A stretch of 64,000 bases of DNA from Actinomycetes bacterium (GCA_025351965.1 JANXUX010000114.1:6380-70379), one strand, 5' to 3'; shown: positions 27,886 through 38,920, counted from the stretch's first letter. Translations and numbers: made by a program. Notes: generated from the sequence alone by a model not told the origin.

Positions 27886-30147
27886 ATGACGATCGATGAC
27901 TTCTCCGGGACGGTCGAGGCAGCCAAGACGTATGCGGCTGGTACGCCAGCCGTGGTCAAATCGCTGCAGCAGGGCATCGACAAGATGGGTCTGCGGCGCA
28001 CACTGTCGACGCTGCGGATCCTCAACCAGCCGAGCGGTTTCGATTGCCCGGGCTGTGCGTGGCCCGAGCCTGGCACACCCCACCTGGCCGAGTTCTGCGA
28101 GAACGGTGTCAAGGCTGTTGCCGAGGAAGCCACAACGGCGCGGATCACCCGCAAGTTCTTCGCCGAGTACTCGGTCGGCGATCTGCGCGAGCGCGAGGAG
28201 TACTGGCTCGGCCAGCAGGGTCGGCTCACCGAGCCGATGCACAAAGCGCCTGGGGCGACCCACTACACGCCGATCTCGTGGGCCGACGCGTTCGGTCTGA
28301 TCGGACGACAGCTCAACGCCCTCGCCTCACCGGATGAGGCCACGTTCTACACATCGGGCCGCACCAGCAACGAGGCTGCATTCATGTATCAGCTGTTCGT
28401 GCGGACCTTCGGGACCAACAACCTGCCGGACTGCTCGAACATGTGCCACGAGTCGAGTGGCATGGCGCTCGGCCAGACGATCGGTATCGGCAAGGGCTCG
28501 GTCCACATCAGCGACTTCGACAAGGCTGACCTGATCGTCGTCGTCGGCCAGAACCCCGGCACGAACCATCCGCGCATGCTGTCCGCGTTGGAGAAGGCCA
28601 AGGGGCACGGCGCGAAGATCGTTGCGATCAATCCGCTCGCCGAGGCTGGTCTGATCCGGTTCAAGAACCCGCAGAAGGCCAGCGGCCTGGCCGGCCGCGG
28701 CACGGCGCTCGCCGACGACTACCTCCAGATCCGGGTCAACGGCGATCTCGCCTTCTTCAAGGCGGTCAACCACCTCCTCCTCGCCGGCGGCGAGGCGAAC
28801 CTCGACCGGGCGTTCATCGACGAATACACCGCCGGGTTCGATGCCTTCGCGGCCGAGGCCGCCGAGTTCGACTGGGACGAGTACACCGCGGCGACCGGGT
28901 TCGACCGCGAAGTCGCCGAGGCATTCGTCGGCCGGGTCACGAGATCGAAGTCGATCATCGTCTGCTGGGCAATGGGCCTGACCCAGCACGCCAACTCCGT
29001 CGCGACCATCCGCGAGGTCGTCAACTTCCTCCTCGTCCGCGGCAACATCGGCCGCCCCGGAGCCGGCGTGTGTCCTGTCCGCGGGCACTCCAACGTGCAG
29101 GGCGACCGGACGATGGGCATCTACGAGAAGCCGAGCGAGGCCTTCCTCGACTCGCTGGCCGCCGAGTTCTCGTTCGAGCCGCCACGCGACCACGGCTTCG
29201 ACACGGTCGAGACGATCCAAGCGATGATCGACGGGACGGTCAAGGTGTTCATCGGTATGGGCGGCAACTTCGCCTCGGCCACACCCGACACCGCAGCGAC
29301 GCACCGTGCCCTCGCGCGATGCCGGCTGACGGTGCAGATCTCGACCAAGCTCAACGCATCGCATCTCATCACCGGCGAGGAAGCGCTGATCCTGCCGACG
29401 ATGGGCCGCACAGAGCGTCACGTCGTCGACGGCGTCGAGCAGGCCGTCACGGTCGAGGACTCGATGGGCGTCGTCCACGCATCGCGAGGCGGGCTCACGC
29501 CGGCGTCGGAGCATCTGCTCAGTGAGGTCCAGATCGTCACCGGCATTGCTCTGGCGACGCTCGACCCGTCGTCGAGTTCCGCCGACTGGAAACGCTTCGG
29601 TGCGGATCACGCCCGGATCCGGGAGTCGATCGGTCGGGTGCTGCCCGAGTTCGCCGACTTCAACGCGAAGATCGAACACCCGGGCGGCTTCACGCTCCCC
29701 CATCCGCCTCGCGACAGGCGCGAGTTCCGCACGGCTACCGGCAAGGCCAACCTGACGGTGAACCCGCTGACGTACGCCGCGGCCGGGATCGGCACGCTGC
29801 TGCTCCAGACGGTGCGCAGTCACGATCAGTACAACACCACGATCTACGGCCTCGACGACCGCTACCGCGGCATCCATGGAGGGCGCCGGGTGGTGTTCGT
29901 CAACCCCAAGGACCTCGCCACGCTCCGTCTGTCCGACGGCGACACCGTCGACCTTGTCTCGACCGACATCGCCGGCGAGATCCGCACCGCTCCACGCTTC
30001 CGCGTCGTCAGCTACGAGGTGTCCTCCGGTTGCTGTGCGGCGTACTTCCCGGAGACGAACGTCCTCGTCCCGCTGCACAGCACCGGCGAGGCCGGAACGC
30101 CGACCTACAAGTCGATCCCGGTCCGCCTGGTCCCGTCAGCCATCTGA
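27886..30147 (+). CDS. FdhF/YdeP-family molybdopterin oxidoreductase
   Basis: N-terminal NQPSGFDCPGCAWPEP and CENGVKA Cys cluster typical of YdeP. The 753-aa frame is uninterrupted. Confidence 0.85.
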   Translation: MTIDDFSGTVEAAKTYAAGTPAVVKSLQQGIDKMGLRRTLSTLRILNQPSGFDCPGCAWPEPGTPHLAEFCENGVKAVAEEATTARITRKFFAEYSVGDLREREEYWLGQQGRLTEPMHKAPGATHYTPISWADAFGLIGRQLNALASPDEATFYTSGRTSNEAAFMYQLFVRTFGTNNLPDCSNMCHESSGMALGQTIGIGKGSVHISDFDKADLIVVVGQNPGTNHPRMLSALEKAKGHGAKIVAINPLAEAGLIRFKNPQKASGLAGRGTALADDYLQIRVNGDLAFFKAVNHLLLAGGEANLDRAFIDEYTAGFDAFAAEAAEFDWDEYTAATGFDREVAEAFVGRVTRSKSIIVCWAMGLTQHANSVATIREVVNFLLVRGNIGRPGAGVCPVRGHSNVQGDRTMGIYEKPSEAFLDSLAAEFSFEPPRDHGFDTVETIQAMIDGTVKVFIGMGGNFASATPDTAATHRALARCRLTVQISTKLNASHLITGEEALILPTMGRTERHVVDGVEQAVTVEDSMGVVHASRGGLTPASEHLLSEVQIVTGIALATLDPSSSSADWKRFGADHARIRESIGRVLPEFADFNAKIEHPGGFTLPHPPRDRREFRTATGKANLTVNPLTYAAAGIGTLLLQTVRSHDQYNTTIYGLDDRYRGIHGGRRVVFVNPKDLATLRLSDGDTVDLVSTDIAGEIRTAPRFRVVSYEVSSGCCAAYFPETNVLVPLHSTGEAGTPTYKSIPVRLVPSAI

Positions 30148-30274
30148 GGGTCTCGAGTGCGCTTCGGCTGAGCCAGGTCGACCGAGAGCGACGGGTTTGG
30201 AACGAAGGTGAATCGGCTACTCCCGGACGTACTTCCGTGTCTGGACCATGCGCGGCGATCGACGAGGAGTAGGC

Positions 30275-32086
30275 GTGGTCAATGAGGAGAAGTTGTCCGT
30301 CGTTCTGAGTGAATTCGCCCGAACGGTGATCACGGACTTTCCGATTCAAGCAATTCTCGATCACCTCGTGACCAAGATCGTTGATCTGATGCCGGTGAGC
30401 GGCGCCGGTGTCTCGCTGATCGGGGCCGACAACAAGTCTCGCTACATCGCCGCTTCAGACGCCTCGGCGCTGCTGTTCGAGCAAGTTCAGTCGGACCTCG
30501 GCGAGGGGCCGTGCCTCGCTGCGTATGCTTCCGCCGCGGCGGTTTCGGTCCCGGACCTGGCTGCTGACGAACGCTTTCCGCGCTTCGCTCCCGCAGCGCT
30601 CGACGCAGGACTGGCAGCCGTGTTCACGTTCCCATTGGGTCGCGGCGCAGCCTCGTTGGGCGCGCTCGATCTCTACAAGAACTCACCCGGGGCCCTCGAT
30701 CAGCAGGACATGGAGGCAGCCCAGACCCTCGCCGATGTCGCGACGGCGTACCTGCTCAATGCCCAAGCCCGGGATGCGGCGACAGCGGCCTCGGATGCGT
30801 TCCTGCACAACTCGTTGCACGATCCACTGACCGGGCTCCCCAATCGGCTGCTGTTGTCCGAGAGGCTGACGCAGGCGTCTGAGCTCGCCAAACGCCGACA
30901 CAGCCGTGCAGCTGTTCTCTTCGTCGATCTCGACCGCTTCAAAGATGTCAACGACCGATTCGGACATCACGTCGGAGACGCCGTCCTCCTGGCAGTGACG
31001 GAGCGGCTTCGCAACGTGGTCCGTGTCGGCGACACACTCGCACGTGTGTCGGGCGACGAGTTCGTCATCTTCTGCGACGACATCGCTGCGCCGGCCGACG
31101 CCGAGATGCTCGCAGGTCGAATCTGCGAGAGGCTCCGAGCCCCGCTCGTGATCATGGGCCGGACCATCGTGATCACAGCGAGTGTCGGGATCTCCTACAC
31201 CGGGCCGGGCCAGGAGATCACCACCCAACTGATCATCGACGCCGACATGGCCATGTACAAGGTCAAGAGTCGCGGCGGCGGAGGCCACGACGTGGTGGAC
31301 GTCCGCGATCCCGACCGACCGAACCTCAACGATCAGCTCGAAGAAGACCTCCGCGCCGCCGTGCGAACGAATCAGCTCCACGTCGAGTACCAACCAATCG
31401 TGCACACCCGCAACCAGCACGTCGCTGGTGTCGAAGCCCTCGTCCGTTGGGCACACCCGACCCTCGGCGACGTCGAACCGCGCACCATCATCGCAGTGGC
31501 CGAACGCAGCCAGTTGATCAACGAGATCGGAGACTGGGTGCTTCGTCGCGCCTGCCAGGAGCACAAGCGGTGGCTCGACACGCGACCCGGGATCACACTC
31601 GACCTGTCGGTGAATGTGTCGGTACGCCAACTCCTCCAGCCGCGTTTCGCGGCCACCGTCATCGACGCGCTCGTTGCGAACCGCACCGACCCGACTGACC
31701 TCATCCTCGAAGTCACGGAGAACATCTTCATCGATGACGACGCTCGAGTGGCTGCGGTCCTCGAGGAACTCCACGGATTCGGAGTACGCATCGCGCTCGA
31801 TGACTACGGCACCGGGTTCTCCTCGCTCCACTACCTGGCCCACCTGCCGATCCACGTCCTCAAGATCGACCGTTGCTTCATCACCGACCTCACCAAACCG
31901 GCCAATCGGATCATCGTTGCATCGGTCAACTCCCTCGCCCACGACCTCGGGTTGGGGGTGATTGCTGAAGGAGTCGAGACGGACGAGCAGCACCACATCA
32001 TCGAAGCAATCGGATGCGATCAGGCCCAGGGCTACCGCTACGCCCGGCCAATGAGCGCTGCCGCGTTCGACGACTTCCTGGCGTGA
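30275..32086 (+). CDS. GAF-GGDEF-EAL cyclic-di-GMP signalling protein
   Basis: The GGDEF site reads SGDEF, with an RVGD (RxxD) I-site five residues upstream. EAL domain motifs are present: EALVRW, DDYGTGFSSL, EGVET. I prefer GTG 30275 as the start (GAGGAG 5 nt upstream); in-frame ATG 30248 is also possible. Confidence 0.85.
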   Translation: MVNEEKLSVVLSEFARTVITDFPIQAILDHLVTKIVDLMPVSGAGVSLIGADNKSRYIAASDASALLFEQVQSDLGEGPCLAAYASAAAVSVPDLAADERFPRFAPAALDAGLAAVFTFPLGRGAASLGALDLYKNSPGALDQQDMEAAQTLADVATAYLLNAQARDAATAASDAFLHNSLHDPLTGLPNRLLLSERLTQASELAKRRHSRAAVLFVDLDRFKDVNDRFGHHVGDAVLLAVTERLRNVVRVGDTLARVSGDEFVIFCDDIAAPADAEMLAGRICERLRAPLVIMGRTIVITASVGISYTGPGQEITTQLIIDADMAMYKVKSRGGGGHDVVDVRDPDRPNLNDQLEEDLRAAVRTNQLHVEYQPIVHTRNQHVAGVEALVRWAHPTLGDVEPRTIIAVAERSQLINEIGDWVLRRACQEHKRWLDTRPGITLDLSVNVSVRQLLQPRFAATVIDALVANRTDPTDLILEVTENIFIDDDARVAAVLEELHGFGVRIALDDYGTGFSSLHYLAHLPIHVLKIDRCFITDLTKPANRIIVASVNSLAHDLGLGVIAEGVETDEQHHIIEAIGCDQAQGYRYARPMSAAAFDDFLA

Positions 32087-32146
32087 TCCCGGTCGGAGCG
32101 CCCTGACGACGGATCGGACAGGACGCTCTGACCTGCATGTTCTGGG

Positions 32147-32219
32147 TGGAGCTGAGGGGAATCGAACCCCTGGCCTCGACTGTGCGATAGTCGCGCTCTG
32201 CCAACTGAGCTACAGCCCC
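32147..32219 (-). tRNA. tRNA-Ala (anticodon CGC)
   Basis: The 73-nt sequence folds manually into a cloverleaf: acceptor GGGGCTG/CAGCTCC with the G3:U70 Ala identity pair, anticodon loop ATCGCAC, and T-loop TTCGATT. CCA is not encoded. Confidence 0.9.
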
Positions 32220-32275
32220 TTGAATGCGGTCGTCAGCCTAGCGGTGGCGTCGCGCAGAACCGGACGAGAAATCGC

Positions 32276-32890
32276 TCAGGCGGCGCGCATCCACGAGTTG
32301 TCGGCGTAGCTGTTCTGGCGCTGCTCGATCTGGCGCAACTGCACCAGCCGGTAGCAGTAGCCGCACAGCGCGAGGAACGACAGCGCAAAGGCATACATCA
32401 TCGAATTCGCGTGAGTCGTCGCGGCGAGAAAGAGGCTGCCAGCGGTGACCATCAATAAGAAGAACACAATGTTCGTGCGCCGGCGACGGATCTCCTGGCG
32501 ATTGCTCACCGCACGGTGGACCACGGCCCGACGATGCTGTCCGACACTGTCGAGGCGGGCGATCCCCGGCTCGCCGTGCGTGCGCCGCAGCGGGGCGGGC
32601 GACGAGGCCAGCTCGCGATGTTGGGCCGAAGCGACCGACAGGGTGCGATGCATCTGTCCGGGTCGGCCACCGGCGGCAGGACGAGCGAGCGGCGACTGGG
32701 CCAGCGGGCGGGCCATCGACCGCATCGGCGTCATCCCCCGAGTGGGAACGGACCGCTGCAGGCTGGACAGCTGCCGGTTGAAATCGGACACCGAACTTCC
32801 CGGCCGGTTCTCACTGCGATTTCGCAGGAGCGGGGGAAGCAGAACGGCGGCCCATGCGGCCGCCACGGCGAGAAGAACAATCTTGGTCAC
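32276..32890 (-). CDS. membrane protein, unknown function
   Basis: 204-aa ORF with one N-terminal and two C-terminal hydrophobic helices. G+C appears lower than in neighbouring genes. No family recognised. Confidence 0.5.
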   Translation of the reverse strand: MTKIVLLAVAAAWAAVLLPPLLRNRSENRPGSSVSDFNRQLSSLQRSVPTRGMTPMRSMARPLAQSPLARPAAGGRPGQMHRTLSVASAQHRELASSPAPLRRTHGEPGIARLDSVGQHRRAVVHRAVSNRQEIRRRRTNIVFFLLMVTAGSLFLAATTHANSMMYAFALSFLALCGYCYRLVQLRQIEQRQNSYADNSWMRAA

Positions 32891-32999
32891 TGTTCACCGC
32901 TTGTTGTGAGAGGAGTGTTGGTCATGATGAGAGGTGTGTTGCGATCTCCGTCAGCCCTTGAGCAGCGCCCGACGGGATGATGACGAAGTCGTAATAACA

Positions 33000-33515
33000 T
33001 TACGATTGTACAACATTCGTTACGGTAGCAGCAACGTCGTCGCCGCGCCGGTACACCCCGGATCGGCCGCCGGTCTTCTCCCAGAGCGCCAGTTCGCCGA
33101 TGACCATGCCCTTGTCGGCGGACTTGCACATGTCGTAGATCGTGAGTGCCGCGACCGAGCAGGCATGCAGTGCTTCCATCTCGACGCCCGTCCGGTCGAC
33201 GGTGTCGACCTGGGCCTCGATCGCGATGTGATCATCGCCGATCTCGAAGTTGACGTACACCGAACCAACGAGCAGCGGGTGGCACAACGGGATCATGTCG
33301 GCCGTGCGCTTGGCAGCTTGAATGCCGGCGACTCGGGCAACGGCGAGGACGTCGCCCTTTTTGACCTCCCGGTTGGCGACGGCGGCGGTGGTCTCGGGCG
33401 ACATCGAAACGATGCATCGGGCGACGGCCCTGCGATGTGTCGGCTCCTTGGGAGTGACATCGACCATGCGCGCCCGACCGAGTGGGTCGAGGTGAGTGAA
33501 GGAGAGATCAGACAT
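33000..33515 (-). CDS. moaC: cyclic pyranopterin monophosphate synthase
   Basis: MVDVTPK, GIQAAKRTADMIPLCHPL and VEMEALHACSVAALTIYDMCK. The start is ATG 33515, or 33524. Confidence 0.9.
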   Translation of the reverse strand: MSDLSFTHLDPLGRARMVDVTPKEPTHRRAVARCIVSMSPETTAAVANREVKKGDVLAVARVAGIQAAKRTADMIPLCHPLLVGSVYVNFEIGDDHIAIEAQVDTVDRTGVEMEALHACSVAALTIYDMCKSADKGMVIGELALWEKTGGRSGVYRRGDDVAATVTNVVQS

Positions 33516-33619
33516 CCGTCGCACAGCGTAGTGACACGCAGTGACGCGAACCGCGCACCCTCAGTGGGCGGCCCGCTCGACGGGTTGTGCAGGTACACCT
33601 GCGGTTCGTCATCCGACCG

Positions 33620-34623
33620 TCATCCGGGGTGTGTCGGTCCGGTGTCGACGACCTCGAACGCGCTGCCCGGAATACCCTTCAGCTGGCCGAGATCGTCGTC
33701 GTCCCAGCCCGGACTCGGGGCCCCCTGGAAGAACCAGTTGCTGCCGTTGTCGGCGACGATGAAGCCGTACTGCTGGAGCGCGACAGCGATGACGCGTGCC
33801 TGTCCGGTCAGTGCGCTGATGTCGTAGTCGGCGCGCAGTCGCAGACGCAGGCCCATCGGCGGCAGATCCATGTCGGTGCGGCTGGAGGCGAAGTGGGTCG
33901 CAGGGAGGATGTACGCGCGCTGGGTCTGGGCGAACGTCACCCGGAGGGCATGGGAGATTCGGCCGACAGCGACTTCCTCGTAGCGCACCAGCCCGGGCAG
34001 GATCGCCAGGCCGGCTGCGTCTGCGCTCGTCCAGCCGAGTGGCCGGAGCGCGTTCGAGGACAGGTCGAACTCCGCGCCCCAGTCGGCGCTCCATCCACTG
34101 CCCGACCGCGCCGCAACGGCGAGCTCGAAGAGGTGGCATGTGCCCTGCTGGAGCACGAGCACATGCGCGTCCGAGCCCGCCTCGACCGGGGCATCGAGCG
34201 GAACCGGGTACGGGCCGGGGTCGCTCTCGCCGGCGCCGCCGTTGCGGAATGTGATCGGTACACGCGCCTGAGCGCCGGGCACCACGACGAACGGAATGCC
34301 GTACGTCGGGTTCTCGCCGAAGTCGGGGTGCAGCGATCCGCCGAGGCGGGCGATGGTCCGGCTCGAGCCCGGCCGAAGGGCGAGGCCGTCGACCCGCGTG
34401 TTCCAGGCGTTGTCCGCCGGATAGATCGAGCAGCCGCCGATGACAGGCGCCGTCCCCGCCGGTGGCGGCGGAGGGCTGATCCGCTGGGCGAGCGCCGTTG
34501 CCGTGGCCGAACCGGCCACAGAGGTGATCGTCGGCGCGGCCAGCGCCGCGACCACCGTGGCCGCAGCTGCGGCCATACCCACCGCGACCGCCACGGAGCG
34601 GGCAGCGTCGCGGTGGAGCGGCA

Positions 34624-34624
<1 letters not shown>
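33620..34624 (-). CDS. secreted protein, unknown function (conserved-looking)
   Basis: 334-aa ORF. Its ATG overlaps the moaA stop (ATGA on the minus strand). It has a signal-peptide-like N terminus and a PPPPP linker, and no family I can name. Confidence 0.6.
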
Positions 34625-35643
<1,019 letters not shown>

Positions 35644-35662
35644 GTCGTTCAGGCTACGCCGG

Positions 35663-36898
35663 TCACGACGTGAGCAGGTACACGAAGACCTCGCCGCCCG
35701 CAGCGACACCGTCGCCGTCGGGGATTTCGGCGAGCGCGGAGGCGACGGCGGAGGCCGCCAGCTGGTGGCTGCCCTGCGGCCCACCGGCAGTGACGTGGTA
35801 GCGGCCGTCGGCGCCGAACTCGCCGTGGACCCGCTGGTAGTGCACCTTGCCGTCGGTCCCGCGGCGCAACGGTGAATCGGCGATGGCGGCGATGCCCTGG
35901 CGCAGCAACGGACCACGGTGGCCCATCATCTGCCGCAGTGCGGGGCGGGCGAGGAGCTCGAAGCTGACGAGCGAGGAGACTGGGTTGCCGGGGAGTCCGA
36001 AGACCGGGACCCGCCGGCCGGTGGTGTTGCGAAGACGGCCGAATGCAAACGGCTTGGCCGGCTTGATCGCGACCTCCATCCACTGCATCTCGGCGATGCG
36101 CGAGAGCACTGCTTTGACCACGTCGAAGTCACCCATGCTCACGCCCCCGCTCGTGACGATCACATCGCACGTGTCTGCCGCCTCACGCAGCACGACCTCG
36201 AGCGCAGCCTCGTCGTCGCGGACCACGCCGAAGTCGACGGCGTCGGCACCACACTCGCTGACGAGCGCGAGCAGCATCGTCTTGTTGCTCTCGCGGATCT
36301 GGCCGGGGCCGAGCGGGCTGCCATCGTCGATCAGTTCATCACCGGTCGAGAGCACGGCGACGCGCGCCCGCGGGACGACCTCGATCTTCTGCGCGTTGAC
36401 GCTGGCGAGCACACCGGCGACCGCCGGGCGGATCACCGTGCCGGCGGTGAACACGGTCGTGCCGGCACGGATGTCGTCGCCGGCGTTGCGAACGGCCTGG
36501 CCGGACACGACGGTCTCGTGGATCCGCACCCGAGAACCGTCGTCGAGGCGATCGGTGCGCTCGACGAGCACGATCGCGTCGGCACCGGGCGGCATCGGCG
36601 CGCCGGTCATGATCCGGATCGCCTCGCCGGCCGCAAGCGGCCGGTCCGCGGCAGCCCCGGCCGCGACCTCGGCCACCACGGGCATCTCGACAGGAACGAC
36701 CGTGGTGTCGGATGCGAGCACTGCGTATCCGTCGAGGGCGCTGTTCGCGAAGGGGGGCACGTCCTCCGGCGAGATCACGTCACCAGCCAAGACGCAGCCG
36801 ACCGAGTCGGCCAACGCAACCGTGACCGGCGCCAGCGGGCCGCATTCGGCCAGCACGATGTCCCGGGCTTCGACGATCGACACTAGCAACCTGTCCAT
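35663..36898 (-). CDS. moeA: molybdopterin molybdotransferase
   Basis: PPFANSALDGYAV and TSGGVSMGDFD motifs. Confidence 0.85.
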   Translation of the reverse strand: MDRLLVSIVEARDIVLAECGPLAPVTVALADSVGCVLAGDVISPEDVPPFANSALDGYAVLASDTTVVPVEMPVVAEVAAGAAADRPLAAGEAIRIMTGAPMPPGADAIVLVERTDRLDDGSRVRIHETVVSGQAVRNAGDDIRAGTTVFTAGTVIRPAVAGVLASVNAQKIEVVPRARVAVLSTGDELIDDGSPLGPGQIRESNKTMLLALVSECGADAVDFGVVRDDEAALEVVLREAADTCDVIVTSGGVSMGDFDVVKAVLSRIAEMQWMEVAIKPAKPFAFGRLRNTTGRRVPVFGLPGNPVSSLVSFELLARPALRQMMGHRGPLLRQGIAAIADSPLRRGTDGKVHYQRVHGEFGADGRYHVTAGGPQGSHQLAASAVASALAEIPDGDGVAAGGEVFVYLLTS

Positions 36899-36953
36899 TC
36901 CAGCACCGTATCGGCCGGCGCCGATCCTGGCCGAGGGCTGCGAGAATGGAGCG

Positions 36954-37532
36954 ATGCAGTACCTGCCGTTCTCGTCGGATGGGCATGTCGCGCGCTGGAC
37001 GCCATGGGATCTCGCCGAGGGCGACGACGCCGAGAACCCGCCCACCGAAGAGCTGACGATCACGTGGGAGAACGAGGCCTGGACCGCGTCCGGCATCGTC
37101 GGCCGCGAACAGGTCCACTACATCCTGCGGATCTCACCGACCTGGCACGTGCGCCAGTTCCTGCTCTTCCGCGACATGGATGACCCCGACCTGTGGCTCG
37201 GCACCGACGGTCACGGCCGCTGGGGTGAGATGAACGGCGCCCACCGGCCCGAGCTCGACGGCTGCATCGACCTCGATCTGCCGTGCACACCGTTCACGAA
37301 CTCCCTGCCGATCCGTCGCCTGCCGCTGCTCGTCGGCCATACCGCCGACATCACCGTGGCCCACCTCGACGTGGAGACGCTCGACATCCAGCCCGACCAC
37401 CAGCGCTACACCCGCATCGACACGCATCGCTGGCGGTTCGAGCGGCTGTCGACAGGTTGGAACCAGGAATTCGACGTCGACGAGCACGGGCTCGTCCGCG
37501 ACTACCCGACGCTGTTCCGCCGCACCACCTGA
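36954..37532 (+). CDS. putative glycolipid-binding family protein (DUF1089-like)
   Basis: CIDLDLPCTPFTNSLPIRRL and VDEHGLVRDYPTLFRR resemble that family. Recognised from memory only. Confidence 0.55.
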   Translation: MQYLPFSSDGHVARWTPWDLAEGDDAENPPTEELTITWENEAWTASGIVGREQVHYILRISPTWHVRQFLLFRDMDDPDLWLGTDGHGRWGEMNGAHRPELDGCIDLDLPCTPFTNSLPIRRLPLLVGHTADITVAHLDVETLDIQPDHQRYTRIDTHRWRFERLSTGWNQEFDVDEHGLVRDYPTLFRRTT

Positions 37533-37558
37533 CACGTCAGCGTGCCCTCCAGATCGAT

Positions 37559-38431
37559 TCAGGGCGAGCTGAGGATGCGCTCCAACTCGGCACGGACGCC
37601 GACGCCGTACTGTGGATGGTCGAGGGCCAGCTCGACGACCGCACTCAACCAGCCGACGGGGTTGCCGGTGTCGAAGCGAGCCACGTCGCGGAGCACGCCG
37701 TGGAACGGGCCCACTGCGGCCTGCACCCGCAGTGCGTCGGTCAGCTGCAACTCACCGCCGGCGCCCGGCTTCAGGTCGGCAATGGCGTCGAAGACATCTG
37801 GCGTCAGCACGTACCGGCCGATGATGATCAGGTCGCTCGGGGCATCGGCGACAGCGGGTTTCTCGACCATGTCGGAGATCCCGATGACACCATCGGCGTC
37901 GATCTCGCCGATCGGGGTGATCACGCCGTACGCACTCACCTCGTCGCGCGGGACGCGCTTCAGTCCAACGACGCTGCCGCCGGTCGCCACACACACGTCG
38001 CACATCGCCGCGAGCAGTTCGCTCGAGCCCATCAGCTCGTCGGGCAGCAACACCGCGAAGGGTTCGTCACCGACGAGATCCCGAGCGCAACCGACCGCGT
38101 GACCGAGCCCGCGGGGATTGTCCTGGTAGGCGAAGCTGACCCGAACGTCGCGCCCGATCGAGCGCATTTGCTCGGCCATCTCGATGCGGCCGCTCGCGAC
38201 CAGCTTGTCGATGATCTCCGGGGCGTCCGCGAAGTAGGCTTCGATCGACGGCTTGGTCCGGCTGTTCACGATCACGATGTGGTCGATGCCTGCGCCGACG
38301 GCCTCGTCGATGATCAGCTGCAGCGCCGGGACGTCGAGGATCGGGAGCAGCTCCTTCGGCACGGCCTTGGTGGCCGGCAGGAACCGGGTCCCGAGCCCGG
38401 CTGCAGGGATGACAGCGGTGCGCACTTGCAT
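37559..38431 (-). CDS. galU: UTP--glucose-1-phosphate uridylyltransferase
   Basis: AVIPAAGLGTRFLPATKAVPKELLP and the VEKP motif. Confidence 0.9.
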   Translation of the reverse strand: MQVRTAVIPAAGLGTRFLPATKAVPKELLPILDVPALQLIIDEAVGAGIDHIVIVNSRTKPSIEAYFADAPEIIDKLVASGRIEMAEQMRSIGRDVRVSFAYQDNPRGLGHAVGCARDLVGDEPFAVLLPDELMGSSELLAAMCDVCVATGGSVVGLKRVPRDEVSAYGVITPIGEIDADGVIGISDMVEKPAVADAPSDLIIIGRYVLTPDVFDAIADLKPGAGGELQLTDALRVQAAVGPFHGVLRDVARFDTGNPVGWLSAVVELALDHPQYGVGVRAELERILSSP

Positions 38432-38506
38432 GGGGGGCGAGCCTACTGAACCGGTAAGGTTGGCAGTCACCAACGTCGAGTGCTCACCGTTGCCGAGGAA
38501 CCGATC

Positions 38507-38920
38507 ATGCCCACCTACGTCTACAAGTTCATCGACACCGGCGAGACCATCGAGGTCCAGCAAGCGTTCACCGACGACGCCCTGACCGACGCCGTGCATC
38601 CCGCCAGCGGGGAGACGATGGCCGTCAAGAAGGTTTTCCTGCCCGTCGGCGTCACGTTCAAAGGTGGCGGTTTCTACAAGACCGACAGTCGCGGCGGCTC
38701 GAGTTCGTCGTCCGGCGCCTCGTCGTCGAGCAGTGACAGCGCAGCGTCCGGCACGGCGAGTTCGTCGAGCGGCGGTGACTCGAGCGGCTCCAACGGTTCG
38801 ACCGCAACGCCGGCGCCGGCCGCAGCCCCGGCCAAATCCTCCGGCTCCTCCTCTGGCTCGTCCTCCGGCTCGTCGTCCGGTTCGACCTCGGGATCGTCGT
38901 CGGGATCGTCGTCGAACTGA
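38507..38920 (+). CDS. FmdB-like protein lacking all zinc-ribbon cysteines, with Ser/Gly-rich tail
   Basis: MPTYVYKF...EVQQAFTDDALT...KKVF...FKGGGFYKTDSR follows the FmdB family template, but the CxxC pairs are replaced. The C-terminal half is poly-Ser/Gly. Confidence 0.65.
   Translation: MPTYVYKFIDTGETIEVQQAFTDDALTDAVHPASGETMAVKKVFLPVGVTFKGGGFYKTDSRGGSSSSSGASSSSSDSAASGTASSSSGGDSSGSNGSTATPAPAAAPAKSSGSSSGSSSGSSSGSTSGSSSGSSSN

Noticed and set aside
27886-30147. Selenocysteine recoding in the FdhF/YdeP-type oxidoreductase
   Set aside because: The 753-codon frame has no in-frame TGA, and the N-terminal Cys cluster is encoded normally.
32087-32275. Genomic island integrated at tRNA-Ala
   Set aside because: The window has no integrase or recombinase gene, and I noticed no direct repeat of the tRNA 3-prime end. 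Only a mild compositional shift is visible by eye.
35644-36953. Moco riboswitch in front of moaA or moeA
   Set aside because: Only 19 nt separate moeA and moaA, and only 55 nt lie upstream of moeA. That is too short for the roughly 130-nt aptamer.
38700-38920. Repetitive Ser/Gly-coding DNA and the other short tandem repeats as a possible CRISPR array
   Set aside because: The repeats are 15-18 bp, directly adjacent with no spacers, and lie in frame within coding sequence. No cas genes are present.
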